In this document: piece by piece, positions 1 through 9,448 of the stretch | Layout: every line of letters begins with the position of its first letter | How positions within the stretch are numbered: position 1 is the stretch's first letter | Source: Candidatus Nanoarchaeia archaeon | GTDB lineage: Archaea > Nanobdellota > Nanobdellia > SCGC-AAA011-G17 > GW2011-AR17 | Reading direction: 5' to 3' | NCBI GenBank assembly: GCA_041659245.1 | Contig: JBAZYQ010000001.1 | Location: forward strand, 4,912-68,911 | Length of the DNA: 64,000 bases | The notes under the pieces: model-generated | The model's database searches: none | Told to the model about the DNA's origin: nothing | What the model saw: the letters and a program-made list of their open reading frames with translations, nothing else | Made by a program: the position numbers and the translations under genes

Positions 1-434
1 TCATTGCAAAATGGATTGGTGGAGAATTTTACAGGAAACTAGTATTTATTTGGGGTTATGGCAAGAATGCAAAAAAGCATAATAGGGAATTAAAATGGCT
101 ATACAAGGCATTTGGGGAAAGGCTATGGATAACTACTTTTTCAGAAGCATGCGAATATTTTGATTTAAGGAAAAAAAGCAAAATAGACATTAAACAGCAA
201 AAAGATAAGATTATCATAACTATAGATAGCAGGGATAGCTTATCTTGGGATGGCAGGGCAATGCCTGTTTCATTAAAACTAAAAGGCATTGCAAGTGTCA
301 AAAATTGCAGCTTACTGAAAGGCACCAAAAAAATTAGGATAAATTCGTTTAGGGCGCTCTCTAACGGCGATATTATAATTGATGATGTAATACTAAAACC
401 TAATGCTATTACTAGATATGAATTTGGGTTCTAA
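1..434 (+). CDS. 3' part of a CDS truncated by the window edge; possibly a polysaccharide deacetylase-family C-terminal region
   Basis: Frame 3 is open from base 3 to TAA 432-434 (IAKWIGGEFYRK...LWITTFSEACEYFDLRKKS...YEFGF*). It is absent from the ORF track because it has no start. WxTTxxExxEY resembles the end of NodB-type deacetylase domains; the family call is weak. Confidence 0.6.
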   Translation, partial: IAKWIGGEFYRKLVFIWGYGKNAKKHNRELKWLYKAFGERLWITTFSEACEYFDLRKKSKIDIKQQKDKIIITIDSRDSLSWDGRAMPVSLKLKGIASVKNCSLLKGTKKIRINSFRALSNGDIIIDDVILKPNAITRYEFGF

Positions 435-473
435 ATGAATATGTCCCTGAATTAAATCTATAACTCCTAAAAA

Positions 474-481
474 TTTATAAA
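474..481 (+). promoter_or_regulatory. Archaeal TATA box (TTTATAAA) for the 504 gene; likely leaderless mRNA
   Basis: AAAAATTTATAAAGG with 22 nt between the box and ATG 504. Confidence 0.6.
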
Positions 482-503
482 GGATATCTTTCTCGTTATC
501 TTT

Positions 504-1448
504 ATGAAAAACATATTGGTTACAGGCGGAGCCGGCTTTATAGGCAGTCATCTCTGCGAGACGCTTGTGAATAAGGGGCACAATGTTGTTTGCATGGACA
601 ATTTAAGCACGGGCAATAAGAATAATATTTCCCATTTGCATGAAAACTTTAAGTTTGTAAAAGGCGATGCAAATTCAATCGAGGATTTAAAGCCTTTATT
701 TGCTGAAAATAGGTTTAATTCTGTTTTTCATTATGCTGCTCTTGTTGGTGTTGAAAGAACTCTGAAACATCCGCTTGCTGTTCTTAATGATGTTAACGGC
801 ATACAGCATATTCTCAGATTAGCAAAGGAGAATGGCACAAAAGAAGTAATCTATTCATCTTCATCTGAAGTTTACGGGGAGCCCGTTGAAATCCCTGAGA
901 TTGAAGATGGGCATCTGAATGCAAAGCTGCCTTATGCTGTAACAAAGTTAATGGGCGAAAAGCTTATGAGGGCTTATTATGAAGAATTTGGCTTAAAAAC
1001 AGTCTCGTTAAGATTCTTTAATGTATATGGTCCAAAACAGGATTCAAGTCCATATGGATTTGTTGTCGGCATTTTTATAAAACAATTGCTTGAAGGCAAA
1101 AACCCTACCATATTTGGTGATGGCACGCAAACAAGAGATTTTGTTTATATACAAGATAACATCAATGCCGCCTTAAAAGCCATGGATAGCCCCAAATGCG
1201 CAGGGGAATCCATAAATATAGGAAGCGGAAAATCAATAACAATCCTTGAATTGGCAAATACATTGGCAAATATGATTAACAGTAAAATTAAACCTAAATT
1301 TATTGGTACTAACAGGATAGATATCAAGCACAGGCGTCCTAATGTCTCAAAGATGCAATCTCTTTTGGGATTTTATCCGGAATATAAGCTTGAACAAGGG
1401 CTTGCGAAGACAATAGAGTGGTATAAAGAGAAGGGTAATGCTAAATAA
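504..1448 (+). CDS. NAD-dependent nucleotide-sugar epimerase/dehydratase (extended SDR, UDP-hexose/HexNAc 4-epimerase-like)
   Basis: TGGAGFIGSH Rossmann motif, SSSEVYG, YAVTK (YxxxK), RFFNVYGP, GDGTQTRDF. Confidence 0.9.
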   Translation: MKNILVTGGAGFIGSHLCETLVNKGHNVVCMDNLSTGNKNNISHLHENFKFVKGDANSIEDLKPLFAENRFNSVFHYAALVGVERTLKHPLAVLNDVNGIQHILRLAKENGTKEVIYSSSSEVYGEPVEIPEIEDGHLNAKLPYAVTKLMGEKLMRAYYEEFGLKTVSLRFFNVYGPKQDSSPYGFVVGIFIKQLLEGKNPTIFGDGTQTRDFVYIQDNINAALKAMDSPKCAGESINIGSGKSITILELANTLANMINSKIKPKFIGTNRIDIKHRRPNVSKMQSLLGFYPEYKLEQGLAKTIEWYKEKGNAK

Positions 1449-1558
1449 GTCTAATATTCTTTTTATTAAACATTCTGTTTCTTTTATTGATGGTTAGGAG
1501 AGAGCCCACCCTTATTGATAACATTTAAATACCTATCTTTTAATTCTTAAAACTTAAA

Positions 1559-2272
1559 GTGGTATCTAAAGATATGATTGTAAATGTTTGCAATGCGAAT
1601 AAAGAATTAAAGAATTTAGGGCTAGTTATTTTTACTTGGGGCAATGTCAGCGCAATAGATAGGGCCAGAGGAGAAGTAGCTATAAAGCCAAGCGGAGTTC
1701 CATACGATAAACTGCAACCGGAGGATATTGTTGTTGTAGATTTAGACGGTAGAATAATTTCTGGTTCTAAAAAACCCAGTTCAGACACACTAGCTCATTT
1801 GGAGTTGTATAGGCGATTTAAAGGGGTTGGTTCTATTGTACATACCCATTCCGTATATGCCTCTGCTTTTGCTCAGGCAAGAATGCCAATCGCTTGCATG
1901 GGGACAACTCATGCAGATTATTTTTCGGGTCCTGTTCCTGTAACCAGGCTTATGACGAAAGAAGAAGTAACAAAAGATTATGAATTAAATACAGGAAAGC
2001 TGATAGTGGAACATTTTCTGGAAAACAAGCTGGATCCTATGATTATGCCTGCCTGTTTGGTTGCTGGTCACGCACCATTTATATGGGGCAATAGCCCGGC
2101 AGAGGCGGTTCATAATGCAAAAGTATTAGAAACTGTCGCTCAAATGAATCTTTTAACATTGCAGTTAAATTCTAATATAACTGATTTGCCCTCTTTTTTA
2201 TTGGAAAAGCATTATATGCGTAAACATGGCCCTACTGCATATTATGGGCAAAAAAGAGCAAAAAATGACTAA
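1559..2272 (+). CDS. araD: L-ribulose-5-phosphate 4-epimerase (class II aldolase fold)
   Basis: FTWGNVS, IKPSGV, KPSSDT..H, VHTHS, GTTHADYF, GHAPF, KHY.RKHG..AYYGQ C-terminus typical of AraD; GTG start with TTTAAATA at 1524-1531. Confidence 0.92.
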   Translation: MVSKDMIVNVCNANKELKNLGLVIFTWGNVSAIDRARGEVAIKPSGVPYDKLQPEDIVVVDLDGRIISGSKKPSSDTLAHLELYRRFKGVGSIVHTHSVYASAFAQARMPIACMGTTHADYFSGPVPVTRLMTKEEVTKDYELNTGKLIVEHFLENKLDPMIMPACLVAGHAPFIWGNSPAEAVHNAKVLETVAQMNLLTLQLNSNITDLPSFLLEKHYMRKHGPTAYYGQKRAKND

Positions 2273-3101
2273 TCTTATCCCCATGGCTGGTATTGGAAGC
2301 CGTTTTTTAGAAAAAGGATTTACTTTACCTAAACCTTTAATTCCTGTTTTGGGGCTGCCAATGCTCATAAAGGTAATAAGGGATTTGCCCCCTTCTGACA
2401 AATGGATATTCTTAGTGAGAAAGGAGCATATTGATGAGTACCAGATTGATGCCGTAATAAATCATGAGTTACCTGATGCAATTATTATTCCTGTAGCAGA
2501 AACGACTGAAGGGCAAGCATGTACCTGTTTATTGGCGAAAGAGCATATCAACATGGCGGAGCCGCTTTTTATTGCTGCCTGTGACAGCGGTTTTTTATAT
2601 GATCATGAAAAATTTGAAGAATTTAAAAAAGACAAAAATATAGATGCAGTTTTTTTTACTTTTTCAAAACAGAACATTCTGAGAGTCAATCCTTCTGCAT
2701 GGGGCTGGTGTATATTAAATAATGATGGCAAGACAATTAAGAGTATGTCGATAAAAATTCCTATTTCTAAGGATCCTTACTATGATCATGCAATTACAGC
2801 CTCTTTCTTCTTTAAAAAGGCGCAGGACTTTTTTGATGCTGTTTCACTTATGATCAACGAGGATTATAGAATTAACAATGAATTTTACGTTGATTCGGTG
2901 CCAATATTCCTTAATAGAATGGGCAAAAAGACAGCCATATTCGATGTGGACCTTTTTGTAAGCTGGGGCACTCCTAATCAGTTATTTGATTTTCAGAAGG
3001 TATCTTATTTTGTTGCAAATAATCTCAGTCCAAAACTGTTGCCAGAAGAGTATAAGCCTCTTTTTAAATTATGGAAAAAATATATTAAAGGAGTATCATG
3101 A
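2265..3101 (+). CDS. Sugar-phosphate nucleotidyltransferase (NTP_transferase family)
   Basis: Start trimmed to ATG 2265 (MTNLIPMAGIGSRF...PKPLI), TEGQACT, NNEFYVD, WGTP; overlaps the araD stop. Confidence 0.85.
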   Translation: MTNLIPMAGIGSRFLEKGFTLPKPLIPVLGLPMLIKVIRDLPPSDKWIFLVRKEHIDEYQIDAVINHELPDAIIIPVAETTEGQACTCLLAKEHINMAEPLFIAACDSGFLYDHEKFEEFKKDKNIDAVFFTFSKQNILRVNPSAWGWCILNNDGKTIKSMSIKIPISKDPYYDHAITASFFFKKAQDFFDAVSLMINEDYRINNEFYVDSVPIFLNRMGKKTAIFDVDLFVSWGTPNQLFDFQKVSYFVANNLSPKLLPEEYKPLFKLWKKYIKGVS

Positions 3102-3829
3102 CTGTTTTATTATCTATTGTTGTGCCTTGTTATAATGAAGGAAAAAATATTCCTTTTTTAGTTAAAAGATTCTTAGAAGCGAAAAAAGACAATACTTCTT
3201 CTCAATTGGTGATGGTCAATAATGGCTCAACAGATAATTCTCTTCGCTTAATGCGGCAGTTTGCCGCGAAATATAGCTCAATAAATATTGTTAATATAAA
3301 ATACAATAAAGGATATGGACACGGCATATGGTCTGGAATATCCAAGGCTTCAGGGAAATTTATAGCCTGGACACATGCTGACCTTCAAACAGATATCAAA
3401 GATGCGTTTGTTGCTTATGACCTAATAAAACATAAGATAGATAATAAAACCTGTTTTGTAAAAGGGAAAAGAAAAAAGAGGGCTTTTTTTGATTCTTTTT
3501 TCTCTTATGCAATGTCAATTTTTGAATCAATTGTATTTGGAAGGATAGTTTATGATATAAATGCCCAACCTAACTTATTTCATAGGGAATTTCTTAAACA
3601 AGTACATAATCCTCCACTTGATTTTTCTTTTGACTTGTTTATATATTTAACAGCCTTATATTCAAAACAGAAGATTATACGGTTTCCTGTGGACTTTCCT
3701 GAAAGAATCCATGGGCAATCCCATTGGAATACGGGCATAAGGGACAAGTATAAGTTTATTAAACGGACTATCTCTTTTACATGGGAATTAAAGAGGAGAA
3801 TGAGGAAAAATGATAATAGCCGCACATAG
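3098..3829 (+). CDS. GT2 glycosyltransferase, polyprenyl-phosphate sugar synthase (DPM-like)
   Basis: SIVVPCYNE, VNNGSTD, NKGYGHG, HADLQ, FPERIHGQS; ATGA overlap with the upstream gene. Confidence 0.88.
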   Translation: MTVLLSIVVPCYNEGKNIPFLVKRFLEAKKDNTSSQLVMVNNGSTDNSLRLMRQFAAKYSSINIVNIKYNKGYGHGIWSGISKASGKFIAWTHADLQTDIKDAFVAYDLIKHKIDNKTCFVKGKRKKRAFFDSFFSYAMSIFESIVFGRIVYDINAQPNLFHREFLKQVHNPPLDFSFDLFIYLTALYSKQKIIRFPVDFPERIHGQSHWNTGIRDKYKFIKRTISFTWELKRRMRKNDNSRT

Positions 3830-4421
3830 GGTAAATACAGTGGACATGCTGAAAAAAGTTCCTGTTGAGTATGGTGTTGAAGTGGATGTAAGGGTTGCGG
3901 GTAAAGAACTAATATTGAATCATGAGCCTTATATTGGTGGAGAGCTCTTGAAAGAATTCTTGAGCAACTATCGTCATAGTTTTATCATATTTAATATCAA
4001 GGAGGCCGGCATTGAATCCGACGTTATTAAATTAGCGCAGGACTATAATATAGAAGATTACTTTCTCCTTGATGTAGAATACCCTTTTATTTATCGTGCA
4101 ACAAGAAAAGACATATTCAAAAAGATAGCAGTGAGATTTTCTGAAGCAGAGCCTATTGAATTTGCTTTGGCGCATAAGGGTATGGTCGATTGGGTGTGGG
4201 TGGATACTAATACTATCCTGTCTTTAAATGCAGATGTTTATGCAAGGCTCCATAAAGCTGGTTTTAAAATTGCTTTGGTTTCACCGGATAGGTGGGGCAG
4301 ACCTGAAGATATTTTAAAATATAAAGCTTATTTGACAAAAGAGAAAATTCCAGTTGATTTAGTCATGGTAGATTTGCAATTGGCTCCAAAATGGCTGGAT
4401 TGCAAAGTGCAAGATGATTAG
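3810..4421 (+). CDS. Glycerophosphodiester phosphodiesterase-like (PLC-like TIM barrel) protein
   Basis: AHRVN, GVEVDVR, LNHEP, FNIKE correspond to the GDPD HR / ExD / H / xxK motifs; short variant. Confidence 0.7.
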   Translation: MIIAAHRVNTVDMLKKVPVEYGVEVDVRVAGKELILNHEPYIGGELLKEFLSNYRHSFIIFNIKEAGIESDVIKLAQDYNIEDYFLLDVEYPFIYRATRKDIFKKIAVRFSEAEPIEFALAHKGMVDWVWVDTNTILSLNADVYARLHKAGFKIALVSPDRWGRPEDILKYKAYLTKEKIPVDLVMVDLQLAPKWLDCKVQDD

Positions 4422-7338
4422 GGAAATACTAAGAGACAGGAAAAACGTTCTATTTAGGTTTGTTACAGTGGGTTCTTTATCCACTATTATCAATGTTCTG
4501 GTTTTTATAATACTAATCCAATTGTTGGATCTGCATTATATTCTGTCCGCTTCAATAAGCTATATATGCGGATTTTGTTTGGGATTTATATTAAATACAA
4601 AGTTTTTGGCTGAATTTCAAAGATTTGAAATAAGAAAATATCTTATCGTATACAGCATTTCTCTCCTCATTCAATTATTATTTATGTTTTCAATGGTAAT
4701 AATGGGTCTCGAGGTATTTATTGCCTTTTTAGTGTCTTTGTTTTTGGGTTCTTTAACAAATTTTCTCGGGATAAAATATTTTGTCTTTGCCAAAACCGCA
4801 TTCATCAAGAAAATAAATTATCTTGTATTCAGGTTCAGATATTTTATTATCTATGTTGTAATTGGCTTAACCTCCATATTGGTGGAGCTGCTTGTAATTG
4901 CCTCCATTGAGAATCTTTTTTCAACTCTATACCTAAAACTTTTCCTTGGATTTATGGTAGGTATGATTTTTAGCTTTGTCCTAAACTTAAAACTGAATTT
5001 TGACATTCCAAAAGAAAAGAGCCTTAGGACCTTCAGATTGTTTGTTTTTATCTCTTTTTGTGCATTTATAATTAATCTATTGCTGATAAAACAAGTATTC
5101 CCTTTATTTGGCTTTGCTAATTATAATTATATTCCTTTAAGATTTATTAGTGCAGGCCTTCTGTTTATGATAACTTATACTCTCCACAGGAGATTTACAT
5201 TTAGGGATGTCAAGCAGGTAGGTATTGCTATTTATTTATCTGATTCTGAGGATATTGGTCTTATATATTCGAAGGTATCAATATACCCTGATTTTTTGCA
5301 TATAGATCTTGTTGATAAGACTTTTAATAAAAATGCGGCAGAAATAGATGTAACAAAGGGTGCAGACATAAATCAGTATTGGCCTTATACAAAAAAGATG
5401 ACTCATATTATGTCAAGGACACCATCCCATTGGATTGATAAGGTGGCTTATTTTAGCGATTATATTATAATCCATTCGGAAATAGATGAAGATGTAGGAA
5501 AATTGATAGCACAAATAAAATCTAGGGGTAAGAAGGCTGGCATTTCTATTATGTACAAAACACCAATTGCGTCAATAATGCCTTTCTTAAAAGAAGTGGA
5601 CTTAGTTCAAATCCTTGCAATAGAAAAACCGGGTTTTTCAAATCAGCATCTGCAGAAAAAGGCGCTGACTAGGCTGCATCAATTGACATTATTAAGAGAT
5701 AAATATAATTTTGAAATCTGTTTTGATGGGGGTTTAAAGCCGACAAATATTCATAAGATTAATGCCAAGTATATTGTTTCCGGTTCTGCAGTATTAAACT
5801 CAAAAAATGTAATTGAAACTATCCACACCATGAAAACAAGCGGGCGTTATTATTTTAATAAGGATGAGGACCTGAAGGCATTTCTGGCGAAATCTATACT
5901 CGATACTCTTAATGCGATAGAATTTGTGAAATCAGGGACTATTGTCGGCTCGTTTGTGGATAAGCCAGGTATTGAAGGGTTAAGTGATGTCGATATAGTT
6001 GTTATTGTGGATAAATTGAACAAATCTAAGTTTGAGCATATTTTAACAAGATTTAAGGAGCTAAAACCAGTAATTGAATTAAATTTTGACAAAAAAGTTT
6101 TAATCAATACATGCTTTGGTCCGCTTAAATTCAATGTTGGAGACAATATTGTTCTCCATTTAATGGTATATGATATTGAAGGACACAAGCTGCATTGCCT
6201 AATGAGCCCTTTTACATGCTATGATTGGCAAAGGTCTGATACTTTTGTAAAAAAGCACATGAGCGAATTGTACGCAATTTGCGGGCTTAGCGTATCTGAC
6301 TTCTTTAATTCCAGGAGAAGCATAAATGATTACATTAAGGATATTGAGGCCAGGCGGATTTCTTATAGGAAATATACTTTTGATGATAATGGGGCTTTAA
6401 GCGAGAAAATTAAATATAAAACTATGAATAATAAGGATATTTTTGAATTTAGTTACCATGTTATGAACTTCCTGATGCGAAATTTTTCGAAGCTTTATTT
6501 CCAAATAAATAAAAATTGGTCTTTTGAGGAAATAATCACTAATTACAGCTTATTATTTAACGAGACGTCGAGTCTCAAATTTTTTAAAAAATTGAAAAAA
6601 TATAAATCTACCAATAGTTTTCCAAAATGGAATAAAAAGCATGAGGCCCAGTTACAGGCATTTTTGCTGCATTTTAAGAAAGGATTTGAATCGATATTCT
6701 TTTTGCATGCAAAACATCTGTTTTTTATCAGGCATCAGCAGTCTTTGTTAAATAAACAAGGATATTTTATCGGACAAAAACTCAATCCCTCTATAACCTC
6801 TATTAATAATTCGCTTTTAATCCCCTTTTCAGATATGAGCATAGAGAAAATTATCTCTTCGCCTGCTGAAAGATGTATTCAAACAGCAGACGCCATTAAA
6901 AAATATACACATCTGCAATTTTCTATTGATGTAGATAAGAATTTACAGGAGATAGATTATGGGTCTGTAGAAGGGGAGGATATTAATTTTCTAAAGAAAC
7001 ATTATCCGGACATTGTAAATGCATGGGCCAATAAGGAAGACCCCTGCTTTCCTGGAGGAGAAAATTATGTTGCTCTTTGCAGAAGGCTAGATGCTTTCAT
7101 TAAAAATTTAAACACAATTCCTCAAAAGAGAATATTGGTATGTACGCATAATGTTTTTTTACGCTGTTTAATTGGCACTATTTGGCAGATACCAGCCCAC
7201 AAATGGCATTTAATAGAAATACCTTTTCTAGAGCCCATTCAAGTTTCCCTTGGTAAAAATGGAAAATGCTTTCTTGATCTCTCAGATGGACAAAAGGAAA
7301 GATATTTAAAGAAGCTTTTTTTATATAATAAGGAGTAA
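4414..7338 (+). CDS. Multidomain fusion: two GtrA-like flippase domains + ribulose-phosphate 3-epimerase + Pol-beta-type nucleotidyltransferase + histidine phosphatase
   Basis: aa ~10-263: two 4-TM GtrA repeats (RFVTVGSLST...KYFVF; IYVVIGLTS...RRFTF). aa ~265-475: RPE motifs LHIDLVD, HIMS, KAGISI, PGFSNQ, DGG, VSGSAV. aa ~510-535: GSFV...SDVDIVVIV. aa ~770-950: RHQQS, SSPAERCIQTA, EIDYG, PGGE, THN. Confidence 0.85.
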   Translation: MIREILRDRKNVLFRFVTVGSLSTIINVLVFIILIQLLDLHYILSASISYICGFCLGFILNTKFLAEFQRFEIRKYLIVYSISLLIQLLFMFSMVIMGLEVFIAFLVSLFLGSLTNFLGIKYFVFAKTAFIKKINYLVFRFRYFIIYVVIGLTSILVELLVIASIENLFSTLYLKLFLGFMVGMIFSFVLNLKLNFDIPKEKSLRTFRLFVFISFCAFIINLLLIKQVFPLFGFANYNYIPLRFISAGLLFMITYTLHRRFTFRDVKQVGIAIYLSDSEDIGLIYSKVSIYPDFLHIDLVDKTFNKNAAEIDVTKGADINQYWPYTKKMTHIMSRTPSHWIDKVAYFSDYIIIHSEIDEDVGKLIAQIKSRGKKAGISIMYKTPIASIMPFLKEVDLVQILAIEKPGFSNQHLQKKALTRLHQLTLLRDKYNFEICFDGGLKPTNIHKINAKYIVSGSAVLNSKNVIETIHTMKTSGRYYFNKDEDLKAFLAKSILDTLNAIEFVKSGTIVGSFVDKPGIEGLSDVDIVVIVDKLNKSKFEHILTRFKELKPVIELNFDKKVLINTCFGPLKFNVGDNIVLHLMVYDIEGHKLHCLMSPFTCYDWQRSDTFVKKHMSELYAICGLSVSDFFNSRRSINDYIKDIEARRISYRKYTFDDNGALSEKIKYKTMNNKDIFEFSYHVMNFLMRNFSKLYFQINKNWSFEEIITNYSLLFNETSSLKFFKKLKKYKSTNSFPKWNKKHEAQLQAFLLHFKKGFESIFFLHAKHLFFIRHQQSLLNKQGYFIGQKLNPSITSINNSLLIPFSDMSIEKIISSPAERCIQTADAIKKYTHLQFSIDVDKNLQEIDYGSVEGEDINFLKKHYPDIVNAWANKEDPCFPGGENYVALCRRLDAFIKNLNTIPQKRILVCTHNVFLRCLIGTIWQIPAHKWHLIEIPFLEPIQVSLGKNGKCFLDLSDGQKERYLKKLFLYNKE

Positions 7339-7344
7339 ATTCAA

Positions 7345-8793
7345 ATGGTAAAAATATTATTCTTGCAGCAGATATGGTTTCCTTTTCAGGGAGTCATGAC
7401 TTTATCGGCGGCATTAAAGCGGGCAGGACACGAAACTGCAGTTGCAGTCGGAAAAGACGAGAGACTTTTTAAAGAGATTTACGAATTTAAACCAGATATA
7501 ATTGCGTTTCCGGTTATTACCTCTTATAGAAGATTTATGATAGAAACTGTTAAAAAAATAAAGGCTAAGAATATTAAGGCTTTAATTGCAATTGGGGGAT
7601 ATGATGCCTCTTTTTTCCCGCAAATAATAGAGAAACTACCGATTAATGTTTTATGTATTGGAGAAGGAGACGATGCTTTTGTGGAATTTGCGAATGCAGT
7701 GAAAGAGGGGAAGGACTATTCCCATATTAAAAATTTATGGGTTAAGCATAACGGAAAAATTATTAAGAATCCGATAAGGTCTTTTAAAGACCTGAAGAAT
7801 AAGCCCTTCGACGACAGAGATATTTATAGGGATTATGACTCTTATTTTAAAGATATTGAATTTGAGCAAGTGATGGTTGGCAGGGGTTGCCCTTATTGCT
7901 GCTCTTATTGTTTTAATCATAAGTATAGGGAACTTTATGCACCTGTTGATAAGCAATATTGTGCTTTGAGGGATGTTGATAATGTCATAGAAGAATGCTT
8001 AATACTTAAAAATAAATATAAGGTTAAGAATTTATTCTTTAATGATAGTACTCTTGGTTATGATAAAAAATGGATATTAAAATTTCTTAAGGAATATCGG
8101 GAAAGGGTAAATATGCCTTTTTCTATTAATGCTTGTGCAAATGAGCTTACCGAAGATGTATGTAAGGCATTAGCTGATACAAAACAGTGCTATATTATAC
8201 GCTTGGGGCTTGAAACAGGAAATGAAGACCTCAGATTTAATGTTTTAAACAAGAAGATGACAAATAAACAATATATGGACGCAACTAACCTTTTGAAAAA
8301 ATATAAGCTTAAATATTCTATGGCTGTCATGTTTGGGCTTCCGGGAGAAACATTGGCAAATTCTTTTGAAACTCTGGATTTAGCTATTAAACTATCAGAT
8401 AAGAATACTGTTGTTGCTGTGAATATCTTTAAGCCATTTCCCAAACTGAATATAACCGAATATGGGGTTAAGCATGGGTTTTATAAATCTGAACTAATAA
8501 ATGATTCAAACTTGATAGGTGATAATGTTATGAATTTTTTTGAATGTTTTAGGCAAGATGAAGAAGGCAGGGTAATTTTGAATTTATCCAGATTATCCCA
8601 GATATATTTGCATTTCCCTATTCTAAGAAAACTAATCCGGACAAAATTAATATATCGGTCGGATAATGCGATTTATAGGGCAATATGGAAATTTAGCGAT
8701 TATTATTACACAAGCAGGCATCATATTAATGCGTCGCTGCCTTTCTTATTTAAGTATGTATTTAAGCATATGGGTAAAGGGGTAAGGGGATAA
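7345..8793 (+). CDS. Cobalamin-binding radical SAM protein (#1)
   Basis: N-terminal B12-binding Rossmann domain (IGG...GEGD), GRGCPYCCSYC (CxxxCxxC), GLETG, GLPGET; SD-like AAGGAG upstream. Confidence 0.9.
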   Translation: MVKILFLQQIWFPFQGVMTLSAALKRAGHETAVAVGKDERLFKEIYEFKPDIIAFPVITSYRRFMIETVKKIKAKNIKALIAIGGYDASFFPQIIEKLPINVLCIGEGDDAFVEFANAVKEGKDYSHIKNLWVKHNGKIIKNPIRSFKDLKNKPFDDRDIYRDYDSYFKDIEFEQVMVGRGCPYCCSYCFNHKYRELYAPVDKQYCALRDVDNVIEECLILKNKYKVKNLFFNDSTLGYDKKWILKFLKEYRERVNMPFSINACANELTEDVCKALADTKQCYIIRLGLETGNEDLRFNVLNKKMTNKQYMDATNLLKKYKLKYSMAVMFGLPGETLANSFETLDLAIKLSDKNTVVAVNIFKPFPKLNITEYGVKHGFYKSELINDSNLIGDNVMNFFECFRQDEEGRVILNLSRLSQIYLHFPILRKLIRTKLIYRSDNAIYRAIWKFSDYYYTSRHHINASLPFLFKYVFKHMGKGVRG

Positions 8794-8824
8794 TCTTAAA
8801 TATAGTAATTGGCTTAATTAGGCT

Positions 8825-9445
8825 ATGGAATATGTTTTTGCCCTTAAACCGGAACCTTGTCTATATAATAAAATAAGAATATTGAAAACTTCTTTAAAAA
8901 AGCAAATGGGAAATCAGTTGTATATCAATGACGAACCGCATGTTACTCTCTGCGTATTGGATTTAGGCGATGATATATCTTTTAAAGATAAGCTCGACTT
9001 TATAATCGGTTCTTTTCGTTCTAAATTTAAAAAAATAAGATTTTCGATAAATGCATGGTCTATTTTTTCTGAGGATCCAGTTACTTCTTGTTCAACTTTA
9101 GTTTGTCGGCTCAATATGCCCGGCAATGTCCTGAATAATCTTCAATCTAAATTATTAAAGGAATTACAACTTTTTCGTACAAAAGACATTGCTTTGCGTT
9201 ATATAAAAGTTAAATTCAAAAATAAAGAATTCAATAACTGCTTGCAGCAATATGGGTATCCATTTATGGGCATGATATGGATACCGCATATAAGTATTGG
9301 CTCATTTGATAAAAAAGCCATTAATAAGGCAATTGAAAAAACAGAAAATAAGTGTCCTATTGGCCTCTATTCTTTTCAATCATTGATTGTTTATAAGCTG
9401 CTTCCATCTGATAAATTAGTTCCGCTATATAAATACCCTTTTTAG
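8825..9445 (+). CDS. 2H phosphoesterase (2'-5' RNA ligase / cyclic phosphodiesterase fold)
   Basis: Two HxT/S motifs: PHVTL and PHISI. Confidence 0.75.
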   Translation: MEYVFALKPEPCLYNKIRILKTSLKKQMGNQLYINDEPHVTLCVLDLGDDISFKDKLDFIIGSFRSKFKKIRFSINAWSIFSEDPVTSCSTLVCRLNMPGNVLNNLQSKLLKELQLFRTKDIALRYIKVKFKNKEFNNCLQQYGYPFMGMIWIPHISIGSFDKKAINKAIEKTENKCPIGLYSFQSLIVYKLLPSDKLVPLYKYPF

Positions 9446-9448
9446 ATA

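Noticed and set aside
1559..2272. araD as part of an arabinose catabolic operon
   Set aside because: No araA, araB, transporter or regulator nearby; it overlaps a nucleotidyltransferase/GT2 operon.
8825..9445. 2H phosphoesterase plus Pol-beta nucleotidyltransferase as a cyclic-nucleotide defence system (CBASS-like)
   Set aside because: No effector, sensor or CD-NTase-like architecture; the nucleotidyltransferase is fused to sugar enzymes in a glycan operon.
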